NCBI GenBank assembly: GCA_038087875.1
Contig: JAXLNO010001824.1
Location: 1 to 58,639 of the forward strand
From: Malacoraja senta
Taxonomy: Eukaryota
Direction: 5' to 3'
DNA: 58,639 bases
Every line of letters begins with the position of its first letter. Positions within the stretch are counted from its first letter, which is position 1. Under the pieces are notes generated by a model, which saw only the letters and a list, made by a program, of their open reading frames with translations, did no database searches and was not told the origin of the DNA. Position numbers and translations under genes: made by a program. Shown here piece after piece: positions 36,485 through 50,060 of this stretch.

Positions 36485-37673
36485 GTAGGTTTCTCAGTGA
36501 GTGACTTCATGTCTCGACTTTGGCATCTGCATAAAACATTTGTTGGGTCACATATGGGAGCCTGGTGCACAGTTCTGGTCGCCGCTTTATAAAACAAAAG
36601 ATGTGAAAGGTTTGGAGAGGTTACAGAAAAATGTCACCGGGATATTTAGTTGTAGGTTACAAATGCAACATGGAAATGGATCCTTCGGCCCACCGAGTCC
36701 ACACCGACTAGCAATCACCGGTCACACTAGTTCTATGTTATTCCACTTTCCCATTCGCTCCCTACACATAATTCTACAATACCGCCATTCACACACCTCA
36801 TTAGTGCAACATTATCACTATCAACAATTGTATACAAGGAAATTTAAAAGTTGTTGATAATGATACTGTTGCACTAATGAAGTGTTTGAATGTTGGTATT
36901 GTAGAATTGTGGCAGAGTTTCAGATTAAAAGAAGATTAACTGCAGATGCTGGAAATATAAAACAAAGACAGATGGTGCTGCTGTGTGTTGGTGCAGTGGC
37001 AGACATGGTAGTTCTGCCAGCTGGGTGGATGGAGAGACACAGAGATGTTCAAATCTGTTAAATTGTGAGGAGAAGGTACAGGGAAGACTTACAAGGATGT
37101 TGCGATGACTTGACACTCAGGGAGGGATTGAGCAGATTAGGACTTTATTTCTTGGAGCGCAGGAGGATGAGGGATGATCTTATGGCAGGTAAAAAATCAT
37201 GCGAGGAATAGATCGAGTTAATACACAGCCTTTTGCTCAGAGTAGGGAAATCGAGAACCGGAGGACATGGTTTTAATATGAGGGGGGAATGATTTAACAG
37301 GAACCTGGGGAGTAACGTTTTTACACAAAGGTTGGTAGGCACATGAAACGAACTGCCAACAGAAGTAGTTATGGCAGGTACTATCGTAACATTTAATAAA
37401 ATATTGGACATGTACATGAATATGAAATGTTTAGTGGGTTAAGGGCCAAGAAAGGGCAGGTGGAACTAGTGTACATTGGGCGTGTTGGTCAGCACGGGCA
37501 AGTTAGACCGAAGAGCCTGTTTCTATGTTGTATGACTCTATGATTCTATGTAGATGGATGGGTCAGATTCCAAAATGGCGGCTCTGGCTAAGATACAGAG
37601 ATGGTGGATATTGGTGAGTGTTTGATTTTCAGATGTTCACTCAGTTGTCTGACTGTTTGCTCCTTTCCCACAG

Positions 37674-37994
37674 ACCCCGTGTCTGTTCCTGTGCTTGGAT
37701 TTCTGTCACCAGCCAATGTCTCCTGTCTCGGGGGCTCAGTGACAGTGTCATGTGAGTCGGTCAGCGGATCACCGCCCATTAGCTACAGCTGGTATGAAAA
37801 GACCCCATCTGTGGATTCAAAGATCTCAGACCAAAATGCCCTGGATCTGCATTGTCAATCATTCAAACACCAGCACCATCAATATTATTGCACAGCCTCC
37901 AATAATAATGGAACAAAATCCAGTGAAATGGTCAACGTGTCCATCTCCAGCAGTGACGTGCCCTGCAGTTTTCTAGTGAAAATCAACGGCACTG
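37674..37994 (+). CDS. Gene B exon C2b
   Basis: 321 nt, open, only 2 aa differences from A. Confidence 0.92.
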
Positions 37995-39261
37995 GTAAGT
38001 AGTGGGGGGAATGAGGAGAAGAAGGGGAAGTGCGGGTGGGGGGTTCATCAGATTACAAGTGATAGAAGCAGAAATAGACCATTCAATCATGGCTGATCTA
38101 TCTTCCCCATTCTCCTGCTTTCTCCTCATAACCTCCGTCACCCTGAAATCCCTGCACGTTATTTAATTAATTTATCAAGATTAATATATGGAATTATGGC
38201 TCATTTGTCAGTACTTGGTTGTTGGGTTCCAGAAATAGAATCCCTAGTGTTGGTGTAGGCTAGCATCCTGTATAGAGTTCCCTCTTGCATTTACACAGCT
38301 TTAAACTAGGTTTGCAGTGACATCAGTCCAAGCACATTCACTTTCCCACCACATGATCCATACACAGATATGGTAAGGGTTCAGACATTATCAGTAAATG
38401 TGGCCACAGTTAAATCCTTGACGACGGTATCCCATTTACCAGCACCTCGTCCATTGCAGCAATTCAGGTACCTCCACCTTCTGGGTTTAAAAATATTTCT
38501 TGATACCCTTGAAACATCCTGCTCCTTAACTTAACCATGTGTTCTCCACATTTACACATATCTGTCGTGCAACATTTCCCAAAAATCCACTGTCTATGCA
38601 GCTCAGAGCTTTTGCACACCTGTAATTGGTTTCCCCTTCCTCACCTGTCCTGCATGGAATTTTATAAAAAACCCTATCCAACCCCTCCCCATAACTGCAA
38701 TGTTTCATCCCAAGCAACACTTCTCACAAGTCTCAAGTGAAATTGCACCCTTTAGATTAGTTTATGGATACAGCGTGGAAACAGGCTCTTCGACCCACTC
38801 GGTGCACACCGTCCAGTATTCACCAGTACACTAGTTCCATGGAGACCATTTACAAAGCCAATGAACTGGCAAACGTGCACGACTTTGTAATGCAGGGGGG
38901 GGAGGGGGGAGGGGGGATGGGGAGGGGGGAGGTGGAGGGGGACAGGAGCACTTGGAGAACACCCACACGGTCACAGGGAGGTGGTAAAAATTCCGTACAT
39001 CCGTATTCAGGATCGAACCCGGGTCTCTGGCGTTGTAAGGCAGCAAGTCTACCGCTGCGCCACTGTGCCGTCTACACCTGGCGCCAGAGTTTTTACCAGC
39101 CCGCCTGCTTGTCGTAACATCTCCCATTTACTCAACCCACACTGAAGAAACATTATCCTGTCTTTTAAGCCTATCAACTACTCACATCGGAAAACCATAC
39201 TCCTTTGTTCAACTGCAAGTGAAAAACAGTGAAACTGACTTTTATTTCTTTGTTCCAACAG

Positions 39262-39310
39262 GTCATGAATATTCTTGTGAAAATTCGATAACATCCAATA
39301 ACTCTGCAAG
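39262..39310 (+). CDS. Gene B linker exon (GHEYSCENSITSNNSA)
   Basis: 49 nt, same splice sites as A. Confidence 0.7.
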
Positions 39311-40606
39311 GTAAACCACTCTGTTTCCAGTGGAAGTTACACTATAGTAATTGCTGGTGTTTTGGTTGGGAATGCTTTATTTGGGAGAAATTTGTGCCTG
39401 CCTTTCACTGGCATTAAATGCCCTGAGAGTATTGATCTGAATGCACAGTGGCACAGCCGATAGAATCACAGCCTCACAACGCCACGACCCTGGTTCATTA
39501 GGTGCTGTCTGTGCGTGGTCTGCATGTTTTGCCTTTTATTGTGTTGGTTTAATTTAAGTGCTCCAGTTTCCTCCCAGCTCCCAAAGATGTGCCAGTTGTA
39601 AATTGCCCCGTGTGTACAGGACAGCGGTTTAATCTGTGGATAGGGGATGGGGTGGGGAGGGAGGGAGGGTGTTGGACGGTAGTGGTAGTTGATGAAAAAG
39701 TGGGGAAAATAAAAATGGCATTGACAGAGGATCCGTGTGAATGTAGTTGACTGTCGGCACAGACCAGAAGGGCCAAATGGCCTGTTTCTATACTGTGTTT
39801 CTCCATGGGTCTTTGATCCAATGAAACCAAAAATCGAAGCATAATCAAACTCTGTACGTCCAGCCATGATCACATTGAATGGCGGTGCTGGCTCAAAGGG
39901 CCGAATGGCCTACCCCTGCACCTCTTGTCTATTGTCTATTGTCTATTGTTTCAAGCCTGACACCAAATATAAATGTATCTCTTAAATATGCGTTAATAAT
40001 ATGTATTTAACTTGCAAACCAATTATTAGTTAACTCTTCAGAAGGGGGATTACACTGGGTTTACATCTCATTGTGTTGTGTACATGCTTGGATGATAAGA
40101 ACAAGTTCTTCCATTTGCTGCTTTTCAGAGAGCGCTCCCTGCAGTATTCACCATGACTTCTCTTTCACTAACCTCATCCCATGCTGTGAGATGAATATAG
40201 TTGCCAAACCCAAGTCTTGCAGTTTAGCTTGGTTGAGACTTGCTCTGGTGTGGTGCTGATAGGTAAATGCATTATGAATTATGGGCTAAGACACCCCCCT
40301 TGATATCACTTGTGGCAATGGGGTCACGCACCAAAAATTCGCTGGCACAGAATGTGAGAAAAGTCTTGAATCAGACCGAATATAGCGAACTGAGTTAACT
40401 CAATCAATCAATCAATCAATCAACCGTTATCGTCATTTTAAACATTTCACACATAAAAAAAACCAATAAAAACACTCCAAAAATAATAATAATAAATAAA
40501 TAAATAAATAAATAAAAAATCCAGTCCCTGATAAAAACAATACGAATAGCTAAAAATTGCAGGTAAAAAAACAGCAACATTAAAATACAAGTAAAAACAT
40601 TCATAA

Positions 40607-43360
40607 TAATTTTATGATAAACTTATGATAAACTAATACCAAGATTACAAAAAATGTACCAATACGCTTTTAAAAAACGAATACTACCTGATACATTAGC
40701 GGAATCAACGATTACATTAATACCTAAGAAAAATAAAGATTTAGAAGAACCTGGTTCATATAGAGCTATAGCATTGTTAAACACAGATCAAAAAATATTA
40801 GCGAAAACATTAGCTAGAAGATTAAGTAAATACATTAGTAAATTAATAAACCCAGATCAGACAGGGTTTATCCCTAAGACGAGATACTCTTCTAATAATA
40901 TGAGACGTCTACTCAACATAATGCACTCACACAAATCTGAAGATCAAGAATTATCAATTATTTCGCTGGATGCTGAAAAAGCATTTGATCAAGTAGAATG
41001 GAATTATATGGATAAAGTATTACAAAAATTTCAACTGGGAGAGAATTTTATTTTATGGATTAAGTTACTATATAACAAACCTACAGCTAGAATACTAACT
41101 AATAACATATTATCCTCGAAATTTCAACTATCAAGGGGAAATAGACAAGGATGCTCATTATCACCACAGCTGTTTGCTCTCATTATTGAACCGCTAGCAG
41201 AAAAAATTAGAATACACCCTGATATTCATGGATATAATACTAAAGACTCATATAATAAAATATCTTTACACGCGGATGATATATTACTGTATATTACAAA
41301 ACCACAAATCACTATACCAAATATATTAAATTTAATTGAAGACTTTGGATCTTTTTCTGGATATAGAATAAATTGGAATAAAAGTGAAATTATGTCAATA
41401 AAACCGAAAGATTCAACACATCTTTTAAAATTCCCTTTTAAAATAGCTACAGAAAAATTTAAATATTTGGGAATCGAAATTACCAGAACATATCAAGGTA
41501 TGTTCAGGGCAAATTTTGACCCCCTACTTAATAAATTTAATACACTAATTAAATTCTGGAAAACGCTCCCGATGTCTTTAATAGGTCGAATAAACGCAAT
41601 AAAAATGATCTTTTTACCACAAATTTTATACCTATTTCAATCAATTCCTATATACTTACCTAAGAAGTTTTTAAAAAAACTCGACTCAGATATCACTAAT
41701 TTTATATGGGACTATAAATCACATAGAATACAAAAAACTCATCTGAATAAACCTAAAGTATTGGGGGGTTTAGCACTACCTAATTTTATGTATTATTATT
41801 GGTCAGTAAATATTAAAAACATGATTCAACTGATGGATAACTCCGCCCAGCAAGTAGACTGGATTGTAATGGAGAAAGAGGATTGCTCCTCTACAAACAT
41901 TGGAGCGATCCTCCTCTCTCCAATGAAACTGAATAACATAAATTATTATAAGAACCCCATTATTCATAGTACAATCCGTATTTGGAAACAAATAAAACAA
42001 AATTTAAAATTAAGAAATGTATCACTTTTATTACCTATAGTCAATAATCCTTCGTTTAGTCCTTCTATTATAGATAAAGCTTATACACAATGGGATAGAC
42101 TAGGAATTCAAACGCTTGGTGACTTGTATGAAACTGGAAAATTACTTTCATTTCAACAATTACAAATAAAATATAAACTCGGAAATAATCAATATTTTAA
42201 ATATTTTCAAATATGCGACTATTTGAAAAAATATACAAAAGATCATTATAATAACCCAGTAGATGTATTGGACGAGGCAATGCAGATAAAAGCGGAATCA
42301 GCAAACTTAATATCATATTTGTATAATATTATTTTAAATGTACAAATACCACCTACGGAGGGTATCAGAAGAGACTGGGAACAAGAGTTAGCTATTAAAA
42401 TTTCAAAGGAAAGTTGGAATGAATACTTATTAAACGTGCATAAATGCTCGATTAATGTAAGACACACTTTAATACAATTTAAAATTTTACATAGATTATA
42501 TTATTCGAAAACTAAAATTCATAAAATTTTCCCAAACGTATCATCTATTTGTGATAAATGTCAATCCCAAGAAGCTACTATAGCGCACTCATTCGTCTTC
42601 TGTACAAAAATTCAAAAATTTTGGAATGAAATTTTTGAAATCTTTACAAAGTTATTTAAAACAAGACTGATACCCAAAGCAGAATGGATTATCTTCGGAA
42701 TAACGGAAGATGATCCAGAACTAAATGTGTTTCAAAAGAAATTAATGGACTATGGGTTAATAACTGGAAAAAAGCTAATTCTAAAATTTTGGAAGAAGGC
42801 TCCAATACCAACTATAAATATGTGGATTTCAAATATGTTTGAAACATTACACCTAGAAGAGATAAGACTCCTCCTAGCAGGTAAACCAGATCACTTCCAC
42901 CTGACGTGGTCTGCATTTATAGAATTATTACAAACATAGGGTGCAAAATTACTTTAAAAAATATAAAAAAATTGAGGTCAGGTAAGGGGGGATGATAGTT
43001 GAAGAGTTGGTATGTCCTATTTACGTAATGCTTAAAAAAACATTTGTTTTTCTTTTTTTTTTTTTTTTTCCTCTCTCTCTTTCTCTTTTTTTTCCTAGGG
43101 CCTATTTCTTAACTCTTTTTCTTTTGTTTTTAATTTCGCTCTTATAGGGTCTTCGTCCTTTTTTGTTGTTACATTTTCTACACTTTTCTACACTTTCACT
43201 TTTTCCTTCACTTTCTTCTTTCTTTCAATCTTTTCCTTTTCTAGTGTAAAAAAATAAATAAAGGGAGTACATTAATTGTAAGAAGATACAAATGACGAGT
43301 ATTAATGTATGTGGTTGTAATGTAATGTACTTCTAATAAATAAAAATAAAAAAAATAATA
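40607..43360 (+). mobile_element. B-specific young 5'-truncated L1 with a 761-aa uninterrupted ORF2 fragment (40654-42939)
   Basis: RT motifs PGSYRAIALL, QTGF, SLDAEKAFD, RQGCSLSP and HADD; C-terminal C-x2-C..H..C; AATAAA and A tail; 14-bp TSD AAAAACATTCATAA; empty site in A near 15989-16002. Confidence 0.95.
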
Positions 43361-44369
43361 AAAAACATTCATAAATAACTGACGCTCCCTTACACATTGA
43401 ATCTTGAAAACATTGTTTTTTTAAATTATCCCTGAATATTCCATCATAATACAGTCATGAAAGTGGGAACACTTTGTTATTTATCTTGTTACAATTGAAA
43501 TAGGTCTGGCTTTCTATCACACTCTTGCGATAGGAAATAAGAATATTAATAAAAGGCACGCCGTTATGAGCGAACCTTTAACCGATTTTTCGAACACACA
43601 CCATCCACACACCTACCGCGTTAATCCAAGTAATATCGAGGGGGCGAGATTAAGCATTAACATTTTTAATTTATTTTATTACTTGGCCTCATCCGTTTCC
43701 ATATTTATTGTCCCACCTCCCTTCCACCATTAGAATTGATCCCTTTTAATTAATCTATCCATATGGATTTTATTATAATCTCCTTGCAGCTGCAGTTTCT
43801 TTCTTCCAGGGTATTACACTGTTCTTTGTATCATTCACACATCCACAGTTTCCCTTTCCCGTGACTCCCAGTCTGAAGAAGGGTCTCGACCCGAAACGTC
43901 ACACGTGGGGTCATGCAGCAAAGATTCGGTGGCGCAGAAAGTGAGAAAACAGCCTTGAATTCAACCGAATACAGCGAACTGTGTTAACTGACGCTCCCTT
44001 ACACATTGAACCTTGAAACCTCTCCCGCTGTGTTTCTCCAGCATTGTGTGTCTATCTACTCTGTAGTCACTGAATTCACTGCTCCATCTACTGACTTATT
44101 TCTCTGTCTTCTCCGAATCCATTTAACCGTCTAATCTCTGATACCCAGTCTTATAGATATGCTCCAGCAATGAGGTCAGTAATTGGTGATCATAGGTTGC
44201 CCCCCCCCCAGTCCAACACCCGTTCTTTATCCAAGATGATCTCCATTGGCTCTACTGCTTCGCCCCGCTCCACTTCACTAAGATTATGAAGCAAATAACA
44301 GGTAAATGTTTCAAAGATAAATCGTCTCGTTTCCTCCCATTGATTCTGTATCTCTTGCCCTTTGCCCAG

Positions 44370-44460
44370 TTACATCTCATGGAAAGTGGGGCGCTGGCTG
44401 TTCTTTCTCCTGCTTGCGATCTGGAGTATCTCAACCGCGGTGTTCACAAGAAGCTCTAAG
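44370..44460 (+). CDS. Gene B transmembrane exon (SYISWKVGRWLFFLLLAIWSISTAVFTRSSK)
   Basis: gcccag| acceptor, AAG|gtaagt consensus donor; Arg kept and Lys gained. Confidence 0.85.
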
Positions 44461-44702
44461 GTAAGTTTTATTAGCATCATGTTCATAAATTATAGGAGCA
44501 GAATTGGTCCAATCAGCCCATTATATATAATCCGCCCCCAATCACGACTATTCTAGCCTTCGCTCCCGATCCATCCTCCTGCCTTCACCCCATAACCCTT
44601 GACATCCTTATTTATAAGAAATATGAAAATCTCCGGCTTAAAAATATCAATTGATTTGGATATGTACTAAAATACTGAACTCAGCGGGACAGGCAGTATC
44701 TC

Positions 44703-47700
44703 TGTCCCGCTAATAGGTAGCAAGGTGAAAAGTAAAAGAGGCAGGCAGACAAATCCAGGGCAAAAATCAAAAAGAGCCACTTTTCAACATAATTGTATAA
44801 GGGGTAAGACCGTTGTAAAAACAAGCCTGAAGGCTTTGTGTCTTAATGCAAGGAGCATTCGTAATAAGGTGGATGAGTTGAACGTGCAGATAGCAATTAA
44901 TGATTATGATATAGTTGGGATCACGGAGACATGGCTCCAGGGTGACCAAGGCTGGGAGCTGAACATCCAGGGATATTCAATATTCAGGAGGGATAGAGAG
45001 AAAGGAAAAGGAGGTGGGGTAGCGTTGCTGGTTAGAGAGGAGAGTAACGCAGTGGAAAGGAAGGACATTAGCTTGGAGGATGTGGAATCGGTATGGGTAG
45101 AGCTGCGAAACACTGAGGGCAGAAAAGGCTGGTGGGTGTTGTGTACAGGCCACCTAGCAGTAGTAGTGAAGTTGGGGATGGCATCAAACAGGAAATTAGA
45201 AATGCGTGCAACAAAGGCAAAACAGTTATAATGGGTGACTTCAATCTACATATAGATTGGGTGAATCAAATTGGCAGGGGTGCTGAGGAAGAGGATTTCT
45301 TGGAATGTATGCGGGATAGTTATCTAAACCAACATGTAGAGGCACCAACGAGAGAGCAGGCTATTCTAGACTCGGTATTGAGTAATGAGGAAGGGTTAGT
45401 TAGCAGTCTTGTTGTGCATGCCCCCTTGGGCAAGAGTGACCATAATATGGTTGAGTTCTTCATTAGGATGGAGAGTGACATTGTTAATTCAGAAACAACG
45501 GTTCTGAACTTAAAGAAAGGTAACTTTGAGGGTATGAGACATGAATTGGCCAAGATTGACTGGCAATTAGTTCTAAAAGGGTTGACGGTGGATATGCAAT
45601 GGAAGGCATTTAAAGACTGCATGGATGAACTACAAAAATTGTTCATCCCAGTTTGGCAAAAGAATAAATCAGGGAAGGTAGTGCATCCGTGGATAACAAG
45701 GGAAATCAGGGATAGTATCAAAGCAAAAGATGATGCGTACAAATTAGCCAGAAAAAGCAGCATACCAGAGGACTGGGAGAAATTCAGAGACCAGCAGAGG
45801 AGGACAAAGGGCTTAATTAGGAAACGGAAAATAGATTATGAAAGGAAACTGGCAGGGAACATAAAAACTGACTGCAAAGGTTTTTATAGATATGTGAAGA
45901 GAAAGAGATTAGTTAAAACAAATGTAGGTCCCTTGCAGTCAGAAACAGATGAATTGATCATGGGGAACAAGGATATGGCGGACCAATTGAATAACTACTT
46001 TGGTTCCGTCTTCACTAAGACATAAATAATCTGCCGGAAATAGCAGGGGGCCGCGGGTCAAAGGAGATGGAGGAACTGAGTGAAATCCAGGTTAGTCGGG
46101 AAGTGGTGTTAGGTAAATTGAATGGATTAAAGGCCGATAAATCACCAGGGCCAGATAGGCTGCATCCCAGAGTACTTAAGGAAGTAGCTCCAGAAATAGT
46201 GGATGCATTAGTGATAATATTTCAAAACTCTTTAGATTCTGGAGTAGTTCCTGAGTATTGGAGGGTAGCAAACGTAACCCCACTTTTTAAGAAGGGAGGG
46301 AGAGAGAAAACGGGGAATTACAGACCATTTAGTGTAACATCGGTAGTGGGGAAACTGCTAGAGTCTGTTATTAAAGATGGGATAGCAGCACATTTGGAAA
46401 GTGGTGAAATCATTGGACAAAGTCAGCATGGATTTACGAAAGGTAAATCGTGTCTGACGAATCTTATAGAATTTTTCGAGGATGTAACTAGTAGAGTGGA
46501 TAGGGGAGAACCAGCGGATGTGTTGTATCTGGACTTTCAGAAGGCTTTCGACAAGGTACCACATAAGAGATTAGGATACAAACTTAAATCACACGGTATT
46601 GGGGGTTCAGTACTGATGTGGATAGAGAACTGGCTGGCAAACAGGAAGCAAAGAGTAGGAGTAAACGGGTCCTTTTCACAATGGCAGGCAGTGACTAGTG
46701 GGGTACCGCAAGGCTCAGTGCTGGGACCCCAGCTATTTACAATTTATATTAATGATCTGGACGAGGGAATTGAAAGCAACATCTCCAAGTTTGCGGATGA
46801 CACTAAGCTGGGGGGCAGTGTTAGATGTGAGGAGGATGCTAGGAGACTGCAAGGTGACTTGGATAGGCTGGGTGAGTGGGCAAATGTTTGGCAGATGCAG
46901 TATAATGTGGATAAATGTGAGGTTATCCACTTTGTTGGCAAAAACCGGAAGGCAGACTATTATCTAAATGGTGGCCGATTAGGAAATGGGGAGATGCAGC
47001 GAGACCTGGGTGTCATGGTACACCAGTCATTGAAAGTAGGCATGCAGGTGCAGCAGGCAGTGAATAAAGCGAATGGTATGTTGGCCTTCATAGCAAGAGT
47101 ATTTGAGTATAGGAGCAGGGAGGTTCTACTGCAGTTGTACAGGGTCTTGGTGAGACCACACCTGGAGTATTGCGTACAGTTTTGGTCTCCAAATCTGAGG
47201 AAGGACATTATAGCCATAGAGGGAGTGCAGAGAAGGTTCACCAGACTGATTCCTGGGATGTCGGGACTTTCATATGAAGAAAGACTGGATAGACGGCTTA
47301 TATTCGCTAGAATTTAGGAGATTGAGAGGGGATCTCATAGAAACGTACAAAATTCTTATGGGGTTGGACAGGCTAGATGCAGGAAAATTGTTCCCGATGT
47401 TGGGGAAGTCCAGGACAAGGGGTCACAGCTTAAGGATAAGGGGGAAATCCTTTAAGACCGAGATGAGGAAACACTTTTTTACACAGAGAGTGGTGAATCT
47501 CTGGAACTCTCTGCCACAGAGGGTAGTTGAGGCCAGTTCATTGGCTATATTTAAGAGGGAGTTAGATGTGGCCCTTGTGGTTAAGGGGATCAGGGGGTAT
47601 GGAGAGAAGGCAGGTACGGGATACTGAGTTGGATGATCAGCCATGTTCATATTGAATGGCGGTGCAGGCTCGAAGGGCCGAATGGCCTACTCCTGCACAT

Positions 47701-47725
47701 ATTTTCTATGTATCTATGTAGCTAT
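44703..47725 (+). mobile_element. B-specific CR1/HER1 LINE with near-complete ORF2 (APE endonuclease and RT), frameshifted
   Basis: LNARSIRNK, GDFN, SDH, LDFQKAFD and FADD motifs over four ORF pieces; (CTATGTAT)n tail; 7-bp TSD GTATCTC; empty site in A near 17336-17342. Confidence 0.95.
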
Positions 47726-48104
47726 GTATCTCCGGAGTGAATTGATTTGGCCTCCGCAGCCTCCTATGGTAATGAAATCCATTGATTCACCACCCTCTGC
47801 CCAAAACAATCAATTCTCTTCGCCGAATGTATCCAAACGGTTTTCATTAATGCTTTCAAATATCCTGTCCATTGATAGAAACAAAAATCGTGCACGTTTT
47901 CATAACCTGAAGTTAAACCAAATCACTATGTAGATGATATCATGTGGTTTTGTCAGGTTGTACGTGTGCTGGGTGGATTTCTGTGCGCGGTGTGGATTCG
48001 TTGGGGTCCATCTTCCAGACAGCCATGTGTTGGGGGTGGTCGGGTCAAATAAAGCGTGGTTCCCACTGTCAGTGAGTCTGATGACTTCACATTGTCTTTT
48101 GCAG

Positions 48105-48152
48105 AGACGCGATGAATCAGAACCTCGCCACTCGACACACGAATTAGAATGA
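48105..48152 (+). CDS. Gene B terminal cytoplasmic exon (RRDESEPRHSTHELE*)
   Basis: ttttgcag| acceptor, same peptide as A. Confidence 0.7.
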   Translation, partial: RRDESEPRHSTHELE

Positions 48153-48506
48153 AGTCTCCTAGCTTGCACCATCAATGAGTGAATTCTGCACCGCGATGAA
48201 ATATTTATGCATCATCCTGCTTTGTCAACTGATATCAATTGGACAGAATATACGTCTCTTGCAATTCAACGAACGATTTCATGAAAGTGACTTCAAAGCA
48301 ATGTTCCAAACTTTCTAAACCATATCTGTTTCCAAAACTCATTTACCGCACTGGTCTTAATGTTTGTCACCTCTTCCAAGGTTTCTTTCATCACCTTCGA
48401 ACTATTGTTTTAACCTCTGCGTGGTTTCTGCTGCTCAAAAGTCTTATACTCTGTTAAAATATGTTATATGCATTCAACTTCCTGGAAAAAAATGTTTTCG
48501 CTGATA

Positions 48507-48542
48507 AATAAATAATTATGCATCAGGATGCTTCTTAATAAA
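48507..48542 (+). terminator. Candidate polyadenylation signals of gene B
   Basis: AATAAA at 48507-48512 (B-specific) and 48537-48542. Confidence 0.45.
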
Positions 48543-50023
48543 TTTTTGAGAAGTGTTTGCAGTAGTCATGGGTCAAAGGCGAATGTAGACAGAATTCAAT
48601 TGTTTTGCTGCATCGTCGGTTCCTCTCTGCAGTGTTTTAGGTGGGCAAGTATACAGGAAATAGCTCCTAACAAAAGATCCTTTACTGAGGATCACCAACG
48701 CTCAGCTAACACCAGTGGCGGACTCATCAGTGTATTACACCCATACCACGTGATACACAACATTGCCACAGATTTACACAACCCGAATAAACGGCACTGT
48801 TCCACTGAAAGTGACACACCAGAACGATAGACGGCAGCAGATATTAGGTTATATTATAATGCAACTAGTTGCCTACAGAATGAAATCGTTGCAAGCAGAT
48901 GTACAAAGTCAGCCAATGGAATGAACATGAACACAACTCTGATAATGTATTCGCTCTGCATTGTAAAGAAGACAAGTTAATAATTCAATTCGCCGTGCAT
49001 ATTCTACCTTGCTTTAACTTCACTAAGTGTATCACTTCGCCCTTGTTGAGTTACATTACACATGTCAGTTACATTCCACATCCCGCTTTCCCAGCTGATC
49101 TCCATCCTGTGGTAATTCTAGACAAACTTCTTCACAGTCCTCCAGACCGTTAATTTTCTATTTTCAAAACGTGAATACCATGACAATAGTGTTTCAAATT
49201 TGAATTGAAGAGTTGAATCAGAGAGGAGAGGGTCAAACTCCAATTAACCTCAGCTGATTTCAGATGAAAATCCCCTACGTCCTAACGCCAGCTTCCTGTT
49301 TTACCCCTTGTCAACAGTAATAAGCAAAAACAAAAGTTCCAATTATTATATTTTTGATCTGCCGGTCCACTTACAAAATCATCAAGAGGGAATGATCCGG
49401 AAGTGTACACATCTTAGACGTTTCTACAATTCTAAATCATGTCATATTTTATCCAATGTATCATTGTTTACATGAAGGGGCCCGACCCAAAACGTCACCT
49501 AACCATTTTCTCCAGAGGTGCTGCCTGGCCCGCAGAGTTCCTTATGAATTTTTTTGTCTATCATTATTCCCACCACTGTTCAGTGTTAACAGACTCTGAG
49601 TACAGAGATAATCGCCGCTGCATCCTAACGGATACATCATACCTGACGAAGTGGTTGAGGCAGCTGCAATAACAACATCTAACGAGCATTGGACAGGTCC
49701 AAGTATGGGGAAGGTTTGGGGAGTTTCGGGTTGAACGTGGGAAAATCTGACTAACTTAGATGAGCACATTGGTCTAACGCGTTGGGGAGAATGGCCTGTT
49801 TCCGTGACGTATGACTGTGATCATCCGACCCAACCATTTGTTAAATATAACCCTGATCCTTTCACACTGTAACGTGTCGAGCTGCTGCTGGCTCGCTGTG
49901 GTTCACGATCTGAAGTCCTGTTCCCTTCTTCGTCGTTGCTATTCGAGAGATGCGGTTGTATCTGAGAGCTACGAGCTGAGCGACAGACTGACAAGTACTG
50001 ACCTCGTCACTGTGGATAAAACA

Positions 50024-50060
50024 ATGTGGATTCCCATTCTTCTCATCTCCTCGCTGCCGG
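50024..50060 (+). CDS. Gene C signal-peptide exon (MWIPILLISSLP-G)
   Basis: Same sequence as the gene B leader, |gtgagt donor. Confidence 0.88.

Larger units (their letters stand above)
22169..48152 (+). other. Gene B: complete CD300/pIgR-like (MDIR-like) six-Ig-domain receptor gene with frameshifted C2a exon
   Basis: All ten exons found with consistent phases; -1 frameshift in C2a. Confidence 0.85.

Noticed and set aside
40654-47627. Long ORFs (761, 297 and 416 aa) as host genes
   Set aside because: They are L1 and CR1 ORF2 sequences bounded by TSDs.
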